Assembly (NCBI GenBank): GCA_951406725.2
Contig: OX597827.1
Coordinates: 16,492,001-16,556,000 of the forward strand
Reading direction: 5' to 3'
Length of the DNA stretch: 64,000 nucleotides
Origin: Octopus vulgaris
Taxonomy: Eukaryota
Under the pieces are notes generated by a model. The model had not been told where the DNA came from. It did no database searches and was given only the letters and a program-made list of their open reading frames with translations. This document shows positions 12,290 through 24,625 of the stretch, piece after piece. The position numbers and the translations under genes were made by a program. Positions within the stretch are counted from its first letter, which is position 1. The number at the start of each line of letters is the position of its first letter.

Positions 12290-13290
12290 TAATTCCGCCA
12301 AGTTCGGCTTTGCCTTTCAGTCTATTGGATTCGATAAAATTAGTACCAGTTGAGACCTAGGGCCGATGTAATAATGTCACCCACTACCCTTAAAATTGTT
12401 GGCCTTGTGCCAAAAACTAGAAAGAATTATTATTATTATTATTGCTATTGTTGTTGTTATAGCAATTAGGAAGGCGGCGAGCTGGCAGAATCGTTAGCAC
12501 GCCGGGCGAAATGCTTACCGGTATTTCGTCTGCCGCTACGTTCTGAGTTCAAATTCCGCCGAGGTCGACTTTGTCTTTCATCCTTTCGGGGTCGATAAAT
12601 TAAGTACCAGTTACGTACTGGGGTCGATATAAACGATTTAATCCGCTTGTCTGTCCTTGTTTGTCCTCTCTGTGTTTAGCCCCTTGTGGGTAATAAAGAA
12701 ATAGGTATTTCGTCTGTCTTCATGTTCTGAGTTCAAATTCCGCCGTGGTCGACTTTCATCCTTTCGGGGTCGATAAATTAAGCAGCAGTTGCTTACTGGG
12801 GTCGATCTAATCGACTGGCCCCATACCGCCAAATTTCAGGCCTTGTGCTTATAGTTGAAAGGATTATTATTATTATTATTATTGAGGCGGTGAGCTGGCA
12901 GAAATGTTTTTCCACGCTTAGCGGCATTTCATCTGTCGTTACGTTCTGAGTTCAAATTTCGCCGTGGTCGACTTCGCCTTTCATCTCTTTCGGGGTTTAT
13001 AAATTAAAGTACCAGTGAAACACCGTGGTTGATATAATCGGCTCGTCCCTTCCCCCAAGGATTACTATTACAATTAGGGCGGCGAGCTGGCAGAATCGTT
13101 AGCATTCCGGATAAAATGCTTAGCGGCTTTTCGTCCGTTTTAAGTTCTGAGTTCAAATTCCTCTGAAGTCGGCTTTGCTTTTCATACTTTCGGGGTTCGA
13201 CAAAGTAAATACCAGTTGAGTTCTGGGGTCGACTAGCCCCCTCCCTTATAATATCAGGCCTTGTGCCTACAGTAGAAAGGATTATTATTA
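12290..13290 (+). mobile_element. Cluster of four head-to-tail group B SINEs separated by (ATT)n tails
   Basis: Heads at 12473, ~12885 and ~13078 (ggcggcgagctggcagaa) plus a headless copy at ~12290; the 12473 copy is an internal dimer. Confidence 0.85.
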
Positions 13291-13564
13291 TAATAACTAT
13301 GGGAGTTCGAAGGTAAAAGGTTTGAGTAGCTTATCTAAATCTTTGTTTCTCTATCTTCCTCAGAGCTGCTTTGTTATTCTCATCGATTTCATAATTGTTC
13401 GTTTCATTGAAGACGTGTATTTTTCATTCAAGTAAACCTTTTTTTGGCTTCTTTTCATGTTTTGTAGATAATTGTTCGGTAGTCTAATCGGTAGCACAGT
13501 TGGTCGCGCAAACAAAGAGGTTTGAGTTCGAGTCACACGCGTACGGAAAACCTACGTTTTAAAG

Positions 13565-14413
13565 GTGGAGGCGCAATGGCCCAATGGTTAGGGCAGCGGA
13601 CTCGCGGTCGTAGGATCGCGGTTTCGATTCCCAGACCGGGCGTTGTGAGTGTTTATTGAGCGAAAACACCTAAAGCTCCACGAGGCTCCGGCAGCGGATG
13701 GTGGTGATCCCTGCTGTACTCTTTCACCACAACTTTCTCTCACTCTTACTTCCTGTTTCTGTTGTATCTGTATTTCAAAGGGCCGGCCTTGTCACTCTCT
13801 GTGTCACGCTGAATATCCCCGAGAACTACGTTAAGGGTACACGTGTCTGTGGAGTGCTCAGCCACTTACACATTAATTTCACGAGCAAGCTGTTCCGTTG
13901 ATCGGATCAACCGGAACCCTCGTCGTCGTAACCGACGGAGTGCTTCCATTCCAGATACTTGTATTAGATTCATTCTATTTTGTCTACAGTGGAGGCGCAA
14001 TGGCCCAGTGGTTAGGGCAGCGGACTCGCGGTCATAGGATCGCGGTTTCGATTCCCAGACCGGGCGCTGTGAGTGTTTATTGAGCGAAAACACCTAAAGC
14101 TCCACGAGGCTCCGGCAGGGGATGGTGGTGATCCCTGCTGTACTCTTTCACCACAACTTTCTCTCACTCTTACTTCCTGTTTCTGTTGTATCTGTATTTC
14201 AAAGGGCCGGCCTTGTCACTCTCTGTGTCACGCTGAATATCCCCGAGAACTACGTTAAGGGTACACGTGTCTGTGGAGTGCTCAGCCACTTACACATTAA
14301 TTTCACGAGCAGGCTGTTCCGTTGATTCGGATCAACCGGAACCCTCGTCGTCATAACCGACGGAGTGCTTCCATTCCAGATACTTGTATTAGTTTCATTC
14401 TATTTTGTCTACA
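13565..14413 (+). mobile_element. Tandem duplication (424-bp period) of tRNA-derived SINE group A plus ~35-40 bp flank
   Basis: Heads gtggaggcgcaatggccc at 13565 and 13989 (A box, B box gtttcgattccc); both copies followed by gatacttgtattag.ttcattctattttgtctaca. Confidence 0.9.
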
Positions 14414-15188
14414 TCTCTTTGACTACCTTCAGTAGATATTTTATTACGATTTCCTTGTTACTGAAGATATTCTTGTATTCATCATAAATATAATAACTTT
14501 GTATCGGATTTTGTGCATTTCAAAATAGAGTCATTATTTTTCTTGTTGCACCGTCTATTTCCTAATCTAATAGTTTGTTATTCTGTTAAGAATATTATAA
14601 CTTAATTTATTTCTGAAATAGCTCGAATAATGATACCTATTAACTTATTTTTGGCATGTAAATCTCTTTTAAGTATTAATCTAATGCGTCGTAACCCGTT
14701 CTTTTACTTGTATACATGTTTTTTTACACTGTCTAATTTCAAACTGTTTGTAAGTCTGTGTTTAGTCTAATTTTCTAATTTCTGTCTCTTTATCTGACAC
14801 GATTCCTCTGATTTATATTTTCTTCTCTTCAAGAATGAATTGTTATATTTTTTTAAACCATCACTCCTACAAAAAAAAAAAAGAACAAAAAAAAAATACA
14901 AAAAAACTTAATTTCATGCTAATTTCTCTACCGTATCGGAGCAGTGAATGTAACACAGCCAGCAGTTGGTTGGTTGTAATCTTTTTGCATACAGCATTGA
15001 TGTTAAACCGACGCAAACGATGTTTAGCTGTCATCACATACCACTCCTGTTTTAGTAAATTAGTTGACAGCATTAGCATCAAACAGGGAATAGTGGGGGG
15101 GGGGGGTCCTCTTTGGATATTCTTTACGTTTCCAGTCTTTAATTATTTGCTCTTTTAATTATTTGTTCTTTTAATTATTTGTTCTTTA

Positions 15189-15909
15189 AGGCGGCGAGCT
15201 GGCAGAAACGTTAGCACGTCGGACAAAATGCGTAGCCGTATTTCGTCTGCCGCTACGTTCTGAGCTCAAATTCCGCCGAGGTCGACTTTGCCTTTCATCC
15301 TTTCAGGGTCGATTAAATAAGTACCAGTTACGCACTTGTGGGTAGTAAAAGAAATAGGTATTTCGTTTGCCGCTACGTTCTGAGTTCAAATTCCGCCGTG
15401 GTCGACTTTGCCTTTCATCCTTTCGGGGTCGATTAAATAAGTACCAGTTACGCACTGGGATCGATATAATCGACCCAATCCGTTTGTCTGTCCTTGTTTG
15501 TCCTCTCTGTGTTTAGCCCCTTGTGGGTTGTAAAAGAAATAGGTATTTCGTTTGCCGCTACGTTCTGAGTTCAAATTCCGCCGTGGTCGACTTTGCCTTT
15601 CATCCTTTCGGGGTCGATTAAATAAATACCAGTTACGCACTGGGATCGATATAATCGACCCAATCCGTTTGTCTGTCCTTGTTTGTCCTCTCTGTGTTTA
15701 GCCCCTTGTGGGTAGTAAAAGAAATAGGTATTTCGTTTGCCGCTACGTTCTGAGCTCAAATTCCGCCGTGGTCGACTTTGCCTTTCATCCTTTCGGGGTC
15801 GATTAAATAAGTACCAGTTACGCACTGGGGTCGATGTAATCGACTTAATCCGTTTGTCTGTCCTTGTTTGTCCTCTCTGTGTTTAGCCCCTTGTGGGTAG
15901 TAAAGAAAT
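15189..15909 (+). mobile_element. Group B SINE with four internal tandem bodies (185-bp period)
   Basis: gaaataggtatttcgtttgccgctacg recurs at 15351, 15536 and 15721; one TSD ttatttgttcttt (15175-15187, 15914-15926) around the whole array. Confidence 0.9.
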
Positions 15910-16076
15910 ATACTTATTTGTTCTTTGCTTGTATTTTCAAATAAAATTCTTTTAAATTTTCTATTTCTAAATCCGATGTCTTGTTTTTTGTTTAGTTTAT
16001 CTAAAATTTGCAATTCTGTTTGGATTCAAAGTTGCTTCCAGGTTCGAGCTATTCTCTCTCCAGATACGAACGTGCA

Positions 16077-16508
16077 GGATCTTTTCGGTTTGAACGGCAG
16101 TTTTTTCTAGCGGTGTCATATGAAATTGTCACCCATAATTATGACCCTAGAATCGATCTATTGCATTTCAATCTGTTTTAGGGTTAGGGTTAGTTAGGGT
16201 TGGGGGTGGGGGGAAGAGTATCTTTTTTTTCTTCATAAATGTAAATAAACCCAGTCTGTTTCTTAAACGAGGGACATATTCATACGGCACAGAATGTTTT
16301 CACCTCCAATAGACGTCATTGTTTGGTTGAAATTGCAGAAATTGAAGAAAAAAAACAAACAAATATCTTACAAACTATAGAATTTTCTCAATAAAGCCAA
16401 GAGAAAAAGATGTTTTATAAACACATTCTACCAGTATACGAAGTTTAAAAGTGTTTAGTTACGTGGAAATTATAAAAAAAAAAACTGCCGTTCAAACCGA
16501 AAAGATCC
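16077..16508 (+). mobile_element. Telomere-repeat-bearing MITE, copy 2
   Basis: Perfect TIRs ggatcttttcggtttgaacggcagttttt; TTAGGG tract ~16178-16213; no recognisable TSD at this copy. Confidence 0.9.
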
Positions 16509-16589
16509 ACGCTCTTGGGGATGGAGTGTAGCTGTAAAGTATGTATGTAGTATGGGAAAGTATTCGTCTCATACATTATTCATTTATAC

Positions 16590-16952
16590 GTGGAGGCGCA
16601 ATGGCCCAGTGGTTAGGGCAGCGGTTTCGATTCCCAGACCGGGCGTTGTGAGTGTTTATTGAGCGAAAACACCTAAAGCTCCACGAGGCTCCGGCAGGGG
16701 ATGGTGCTGATCCCTGCTGTACTCTTTCACCACAACTTTCTCTAACTCTTACTTTCTGTTTCTGTTGTACCTGTACTTCAAAGGGCCGGCCTTGTCACTC
16801 TCTGTGTCATGCTGAATATCCCCGAGAACTACGTGAAGAGTACTCGTGTCTGTGGAGTGCTCAGCCACTTACACGTTAATTTCACGAGCAGGCTGTTCCG
16901 TTGATTCGGATCAACCGGAACCCTCATCGTCGTAACCGACGGAGTGCTTCCA
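16590..16952 (+). mobile_element. SINE group A flanked by ~40-bp direct repeat
   Basis: Group A head and tail; agtatgggaaagtattcgtctcatacatt at 16549 and 16956. Confidence 0.9.
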
Positions 16953-17458
16953 CACAGTATGGGAAAGTATTCGTCTCATACATTTATACATTATGCATTT
17001 ATATATTTTCTTTTGTTTTATTTTCGGGAATTGAAGCGCCAAGCTCTCTAAGTAAATCGACATCATTTTTATTGGGTGCTGGTTTACTTAATTCTGGCGC
17101 TGCGGAACTTCGCTCGATCCATTTTCGTACATATATTTGCATCAAATACACAGAACATATTCCTCTTTTAACTTTCGACCGAATAATATGATTTTCATTT
17201 GCATAGTTTGCTATGCTTTGTCTCTGATCAGTTAGAAATTGAGTACAAACTATTTGCAAATGCATAACTTACAATAATAGGCACAGAGCAATAACATTAA
17301 ATAAATAAATGCATTAATTACAAATCAAAAGCTGTCTGTCAAACGTTGATTTTCGTTTTCATGGCCGTTAACTTCATCGATGTTAATGGACGTTCCTTCG
17401 AGATATAACAGAGTGCGCACAGTCTGCCGTTACTCAGCATTGTAATACAATAACAGAA

Positions 17459-17459
<1 letters not shown>

Positions 17460-17516
<57 letters not shown>

Positions 17517-17620
17517 GTACTACTACTTTTACCACAATCAACTCTACCACCACCATCACAACTAATAGTCCGCTTCCTCCTTCTCCTCCTCCTACTAAAA
17601 CTAGTTACAACAACAACAAA

Positions 17621-17652
<32 letters not shown>

Positions 17653-17690
17653 ACACTACTACTACTACTACTTTTACTACTACTACTACT
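17460..17690. repeat. (TAC)n microsatellites
   Basis: Direct reading. Confidence 0.9.
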
Positions 17691-17904
17691 CTGTTTGATG
17701 CAATGTGTTTGAGTGTTGTGCTTTTAACACTCTTGAAACTATGGAAGGAAATTGCAGGCACAATCGCAATCTTTAATATAAATGAAACAATGTTATGATG
17801 TTCCATATAAATTTATTCACCATATTAGAAATGTGTCCCGCTAGTTGTTGTTGTTGTTATCGCAGTTATGACAAAATTTGAAACCATTATTATTACTATT
17901 ATTA

Positions 17905-18484
17905 AGGTGGCGAGCTGGTAGAATCATTAGCACGCTGGACGAAATGCTTAGCCGTATTTCGCCCGCCGCTACGTTCTGAGTTCAAATTCCGCCGAGGTCG
18001 ACTTTGCCTTTCATCCTCTCAGGGTCGATTAAATAAGTACCAGTTACGCACTGGGGTTGATGTAATCGACTTAATCCGTTTGTCTGTCCTTGTTTGTCCC
18101 CTCCGTGTTTAGCCCCTTGTGGGTAGTAAAGAAATAGGTATTTCGTCCGTCGCGACGTTCTGAGTTCAAATTCCGCCGAGGTCGACTTTGCCTTTCATCC
18201 TTTCGGGGTCGATTAAATAAGTACTAGTTACGCACTGGAGTCGATGTAATCGACTTAATCCGTTTGTCTGTCCTTGTTTGTCCTCTCTGTGTTTACCCCC
18301 TTGTGGGTAGTAAAGAAATAGGTATTTCGTCTGTCGCTACGTTCTGAGTTCATATTCCGCCGTGATCGCTTTTGCCTTTCATCCTTTCGGGGTCGATAAA
18401 TTAAGTACTAGTGAAACACTGGGGTCGATGTAATCGACTATCCTCTACCTCAAATTCTAGGCCTTGTGTCTATAGTAGAACGGA
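17905..18484 (+). mobile_element. Group B SINE trimer (head plus three bodies, alternative final tail)
   Basis: Body restarts after gaaataggta at ~18131 and ~18315; ends ...ccttgtgtctatagtagaacgg(att)n. Confidence 0.88.
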
Positions 18485-18754
18485 TTATTATTATTATTAT
18501 TATTATTATTATTGAAGTAAAATTCCGCCGAGGCTGAATTTCCCTTTCATCCTTTCAGGAACGATAAACTAAGAACCAGTTGCGTATTGGGTTTGATCTA
18601 ATTGACTCACAGAAATTGCTGGCATTGTGCTATCGCTATTTCATGCTTTTAAATATATATTGCTTTGATTATTGTATCTTTTATTTAATCATACACTTAA
18701 TACGTGTTCGTCTTAAATCTTTTATCCTTCACTTGTTTTTGAAGAGCTTTTAAT

Positions 18755-18994
18755 CGAATGAATCGATCCCCCCCTCCACCAATACTCATTTTTTAAAGCC
18801 TTGTACTTATTCTATCGGACTCTTTTGCTGAACCGCTAAGTTACGAGGCTTGTCAACCGATTCTGGGGCACAATCATAAACACAAAGAAACACACACACA
18901 CTTATTTCTATCTATCTATCTATATATATATATATATAAATTAGAGAAAAACCACTACTATGTAATTCAAACAATGATGGAGGTAAATATAGAA

Positions 18995-19032
<38 letters not shown>

Positions 19033-19181
19033 GACAGGCTTCTTTCAGTTTCCGCCTACAAAATCTACTCATAAGGCTTTTATAGTAGAAGACACTTGTC
19101 CAAGGTGCCATGCACTGGGATTGAACCCGGAACTATGTGGTTGAGAAGCAAGCTTCATACCACATAGCCACGCCTGTGCCT
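18755..19181 (-). mobile_element. SINE group C (degenerate) with secondary insertion in its internal (TA)n
   Basis: Matches the 49243 copy; ~60-bp insert at ~18940-19000 inside the microsatellite. Confidence 0.75.
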
Positions 19182-19645
19182 AATGATAAAAACTTTTTAA
19201 TTGCATAACGTTCTGCTCTCACCGCGTTTTCATGTATCTTTGTTTTACATCCTCAGGCGTTTGTAATCTCTATGTTAATGCTTATTCTGTTGTCGGTATA
19301 TATTTCAATGGTCTATCCTGGTGCACGTAAAATCAGTGAGCTGACAGAATCATTAGTGCGTCGGACAAAATGCTTAGCAGTATTTCTTCCAGGGCTCTAC
19401 GTTATGAGTTTAAATGCTGCCGAGATCATCTCAAACTTTTATCCATCCATTTGAAGTCGATAAAAAAAGTAAGAGTCGAGTTCTGGGCGTTGATGTAATC
19501 AGCTGTCTCTACCAAATCAGAATTCAGGCATTGTGCTATATTAGAACGAATAATTATTATGTTTTGTTTGCATGCAAACGTCCCCCGTGACGGCGCCGGT
19601 AGATTTGTATAATTATAAAGGTTTTACTAGATATTAAAAAAAAAT

Positions 19646-20609
19646 GGTGGAAATCTGGTCTAAGCACCCTATATAGTCACTCATAATTTTTCATGTTTTG
19701 GAATTTTCAGAAAAGAATTTGCGGATTTGTGCTCTATACTCGAGAATTTCACACGACTATCAAAAAATTTTAAAAGAAGTTTTTAAACACCTCCTCCTTT
19801 TCCCCCACAAATCCTAAAAATTCCACTCTTTTTCGAATAAAAAAAAAGTTTAAAATACAAACAATATGAATATTTTCTTTCAATCCCAGCAATGGAGCAC
19901 CCTTGGGTGCATCATGATTCCATTAAATGTGTTTATGTGGGGAAAAATATTGAAAATAGATTAATATATGTCAGAATGATAAAGAAACGTAGACGGTATC
20001 AACTGGTTTAAGGCGGCGAGCTGGCAGAAACGTTAGCACGTCGGGTGAAATGCTTAGCGGTATTTCGTCTGCTGCTACGTTCTGAGTTCAAATTCCGCCG
20101 AGGTCGACTTTGCCTTTCATCCTTTCGGGGTCGATTAACTAATTACCAGCTACGCACTGGGGTCGATATACTCGACTTAATCCGTTTGTCGTCTCTGTGT
20201 TTAGCCCCCTGTGGGTAGTAAAGAAAAAGGTATTTCGTCTGCCGCTACGTTCTGAGTTCAAATTCCGCCGAGGTCGACTTTGCCTTTCATCCTTTCGGTG
20301 TCGATTAAATAAGTACCAGTTACACACTGGGGTCGATCTAATCGACTTAATCCGTTTGTCTGTCCTTGTTTGTCCCTCTGTGTTTAGCCCCTTGTGGGTA
20401 GTAAAGAAATAGGTATCAGCTGGTTGTGAAATATGCTAAAAATAACAGCTAAATAACCCTTAAATCATACACACAAAAAGAGTTTTTTTTGCATGATCGT
20501 ATGAATTCCTGTAAAAACAGAAATTCGCAAAACTTTTTTTGAAAATTTCAAAACATAAAAAAAAGTTATGAGGCGTTATATATGAGGTGCGTAAACCAGA
20601 ATTCCGCTA
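19646..20609. mobile_element. Old non-autonomous DNA transposon with long (~90-130 bp) diverged TIRs
   Basis: ggtggaaatctggtctaagcaccctatatag...ctcataattttt...gaatttgcggattt at 19646 aligns with the reverse complement of ~20480-20609. Confidence 0.6.
20010..20411 (+). mobile_element. Group B SINE dimer nested in the TIR element
   Basis: TSD ggtatca(a/g)ctggtt at 19995-20008 and 20412-20425. Confidence 0.9.
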
Positions 20610-21189
20610 AAAACTTTTCATTTTGGAAGATTTTACAAAGAAATTCGGTACGTCAAGATGTCTGTACCGATAATGGGGTAGACGGAAGATTTGTCTTTCG
20701 CACGACATTTTATATTAATTTCTTTGTTTTCAATAATCAAAATAGTCAATATTCAGCAGATTTTCTTCTACTTGAAGAACGGTGGAAGATGTTGACAAAA
20801 AAAAAAAAAAAAAAAAAATGAGAAGCACTGTGGGTGGGGGGACGCTGCATCAAAACAAGACGTGAAATCTTCGAATACACGAAGAGGATAATTTAAAAAA
20901 AAAAAACTAACTAAATAAAACAAAAGAAAAAAAAACAACAACAACTAGGTAAATGGTAATGAAACAATCAGATGCACTCAAAAGTTTAAAGACAAAAAAA
21001 TCTCATATCTCGAAATACAAATTTGCACGACATAAACAAAAGTAATAAAAGCAAGAACGGACAAGCACGCATACATACTTGTCAAATAACAAGAAATAGA
21101 TAAAGAGAGACTGTCGTAGTGGGTTGGAAAATTTGCTCGGCGAGAACAACCACTAAAAACACTAACATCTACACATACTCATAAACATT

Positions 21190-21463
21190 ATTCCCTTCTG
21201 CTCAAGGCACAAGGCACTAAATGTTTTGGATGAAAGGCATGAAAGGATGAGAGGATGAAAGGCAAAGTCGACCTCGGCGGAATTTGAACTCAGAACGTAA
21301 GAACTGACGAAATACCTATTTCTTTACTGCCCACAAGGGGCTACACACAGAGGGTACAAACAAGGAGAGACAAACGGATTAAGTCGACTATATCGACCTC
21401 AGTGCGTAACTGGTACCTAATTTATCGACCCCGAAAGGATGAAAGGCAAAGTCGACCTCGGCG
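21190..21463 (-). mobile_element. Group B SINE (5'-truncated dimer)
   Basis: Reverse complement of the group B body and tails. Confidence 0.8.
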
Positions 21464-21559
21464 TGTGCATTTGTACATAGAGCGGAGAAAAACCTATAGT
21501 ACTGCCAGCCTGAAATTTAAGACCTTACCTGAAAATACCCACATATCAACTTGTATCCC

Positions 21560-22833
21560 AGTACATAGAACAGCATAATATACAGAACTGCATTTGCAGT
21601 ACCAGTGCTGATCCCAACGTTTGGGATACTTGATTGGCCTGTAGAGGAAATCCACCCCATAGATATCAAAACATGCAAGGTTCTGACAACTGGGAACTTC
21701 CATGGAAACAGTAATGTTGACAGGCTTTACCTAAGAAGAAATGAAGGTGGCAGACGGCCTTCGAATGCCGAATGGTATCACTCAGGCAGCATCTGCTAAA
21801 CAACAGCAGAAAAAAATAAATATATTAATGCAGTCCTGAAAAGTGAAGTGAGCAACATTGTACGAGTTGGCATGAACTCTTCAAGAAACACTCTCTTCCT
21901 GATGATCTCCTATACAGCTCCAAAACAGCTGGGCTCTCTTACATTAGAGAAGACCTGGATGGAAAGCACTCAGCATACAAAGAAAAAAAAAGACCATCTA
22001 TGGGTATGTTGCCCGGAGGCTTGAAGAAGACGGTAGAATTGACACGAAGCGCAGCCTCTCATGGACACAAGACCACTACATCACATCACACTTTGAAGGC
22101 TATGCATTTGCAATCCAAGAACGGGAGATTCCCACAAAGTACCTGGTGAACGAGAGAGAAAGTGACGCACTTGTAATCCCAAGGTACAACCGTATGTGTA
22201 GGCTATGTCAAGTTTCTGTGGAAGCCATTACGCATGTGATTAACAGCCGTCCTAAAATGTCGTCACAGTATTACATTGCTCTGCAGCACGATGTTGTTGC
22301 TAAAACAATTTACCATGCCGTCCGCAAAAAAGACTGTCCTGAAATAAATTTAGAAAGTCCCGCTGTTATGGAATACATTAATAAACACCAACTCAAGGAA
22401 TACTAGTGGAATATTCCCATCAAAACTTCTGTCAAATGTAAGCATAACAGGCCGGATATTGTTTGGGACAGAGGGGAAAAGGTGTGTACCATTATAGAGG
22501 TTAGCTGCCCTACATATATAAATATCTCTTTGAAAATCAAAGAAAAAGAAGATATCTATGAACAACTGCTTCGAAACCTCCAGCTTCATACCAATAATAA
22601 TTGGAGTTAGTAAATGCTTGAAGGAGAATCTGGATAAACCGGGATTTCAGAAATAGAAATTGACCAGCTGATTCGTACATTAGTGAGTGGAACAATAAAA
22701 ATATGCAAGACTTTTCTCAAGTTCCAAATGTGAATTTGTCTGTGTTAACTGCACCCCAAAGATTGGAGCCTTGTATCTTTGTTAGGAAACCGGGTCCTTC
22801 CTCAGTAGGGAATATATAAGATAGAAGACACAT

Positions 22834-22835
<2 letters not shown>
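21560..22835 (+). mobile_element. Decayed R4/Dong-type non-LTR retrotransposon, 3' part (thumb, CCHC knuckle, RLE endonuclease)
   Basis: Frames give LIPTFGILDW...NVDRLYLRRNEGGR, CRLC...ITHVINS...QHDVVAKTIYH, WNIPIKTSVKCKHNRPDIV and terminal GTIKICKTFLKFQM*; frameshifts and stops present. Confidence 0.85.
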
Positions 22836-22878
<43 letters not shown>

Positions 22879-22885
<7 letters not shown>

Positions 22886-23184
22886 GAAAAAAACCCATCT
22901 TTTATCAATTCAAAAGGAACAATTAAATTGCACCATCCAGAAAATTACAAACAATAGAAATATTAACATTAAAATAACAATAAAATGTCAAAGATTAAGT
23001 GAATTGCAAAAAAAAAAAAATAATAATGATAATAAAAGTTATTATTTTTTTTTTGCAATTTACTTAATCTTTGACATTCTATTGTTATTTTAATGTCAAT
23101 ATTTCTATTATATGTAATTTTCTTGATGGTGTAATTTAATTGTTCATTTTGAATTGATAAAAGATGTTTTTTTTGATAATTTTT
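22879..23184. repeat. ~145-bp-arm fold-back palindrome embedded in (TA)n
   Basis: 22879-23026 is the diverged reverse complement of 23039-23184. Confidence 0.85.
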
Positions 23185-23194
23185 ATATATATAT

Positions 23195-23277
23195 TATATT
23201 GTGTGAAATTTGATTTAGTATTTCTAAATTGAATTTTTTTCCTTGTAAGTTTTGGATTTTATTCCCTCAAATATTAA
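23195..23277 (+). repeat. ~80-bp dispersed repeat, second copy at 36938-37020
   Basis: tgtgaaatttgatttagtatttctaaattgaatttt...attccctca at both sites, each following (TA)n. Confidence 0.8.
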
Positions 23278-24197
23278 AACACACAGGCATAACCACATAC
23301 ACTAGCATTTATTTAGTGTGTGCGCATATTTATATATATATATCCGAAATGCTCTGTAACTACGCATTATCGAGAAAAACGAATTTCATTTTCGAAATCT
23401 GCATTTCAAAGACAATGTCGTCCGTAAATTATAATAAAAAAATATATATATAATTTTCTACGAGAAATAATTCACTTTTTAGATCTATAAATTGCTTTCT
23501 CTGTATCATTCATTATCAAACTGTCTCTATAATTTACCAAACTCTTTATCAATTCCTCTCTATGTGTATTTGTTTTATCTAAAATTTCGTCTTCTCATGT
23601 TTACTTTCGTTTTATCACAGCTAACACCTACAAATCCCGTTTTCTGATTCGGTAAAAATGACCAAACTTTAAACCTCTGTAACATTTTCCTGCAGTTTTT
23701 TTTTTGGCATAACTGAACCACAAAGTAGGATTCAGCATCAAAAAGTATATCAATATACCAAATTTGAAATTTTGAAAAAGGGAAAAATTTGAAATTTTGA
23801 AAAGTGAAGAATTAAAAATTTTTCACTTTATTTTAAAATTTCACTATCTGTGTCATTAACAGAAAATATCTCCATACATTTTTGTATCATCCAGTTTTCG
23901 GTTTTCTCAGGTTAAACTTCCCCCTCTCTATATATATTTACCACACGCTCTCTCACTCTCTATGAAAGTATATAGATTACACTGAGTATGTGTGTGTGTG
24001 TGATTGTCAGTGTGTGAGTGTATGCATGTGTGTAAAGAATTTCATTAGGGCGGCAGAGTGATTTAAAAGATGGTATGTAAAAGATAATTTATTTTAATAG
24101 CATATTTTCTGTTAGTAAATATACTTTTCTTATACACACGCGCTCACATACACACACACATAGATACACACGTACACACATACACAGTCATGAGTGG

Positions 24198-24252
<55 letters not shown>

Positions 24253-24459
24253 TGAGCTGGCAGAATCGTCAACACGCCGGCCAAAATGCATAGCGGCATT
24301 TCGTCTGTCATTACATTCTGAGTTCATATTCCGTCGGGGGTTGACTGCCTTTCATACTTTCGGGGTCGATAAAATAAGTACCATTCACGTCCTGAGGGTC
24401 GATGTAATCGACTTACCCTTTCCCCGAAATTTTTGGCCTTGTGCCAAAATTTGAATCAC

Positions 24460-24495
<36 letters not shown>

Positions 24496-24498
24496 TAC

Positions 24499-24540
<42 letters not shown>

Positions 24541-24541
24541 G

Positions 24542-24609
<68 letters not shown>

Positions 24610-24625
24610 CATTATTATTATTATC
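24253..24625 (+). mobile_element. Group B SINE (degenerate) with long (ATT)n tail
   Basis: gagctggcagaatcg head, central motif, tail ccttgtgccaaaatttgaa then (ATT)n at 24462-24624. Confidence 0.8.

Noticed and set aside
13649-14325. Recurrent ORFs MFIERKHLK..., MVVIPAVLF... and MRNWYLFNRP... as a small gene family
   Set aside because: All lie inside SINE copies; recurrence reflects the repeat.
15351-15909. Regular 185-bp repeats as a CRISPR-like array
   Set aside because: Units are near-identical along their full length with no unique spacers; eukaryotic SINE multimer and no cas genes.
22795-22810. CTGAGGA on the minus strand as a hammerhead core
   Set aside because: No matching stem II and GAAA downstream; lies in the LINE 3' UTR.
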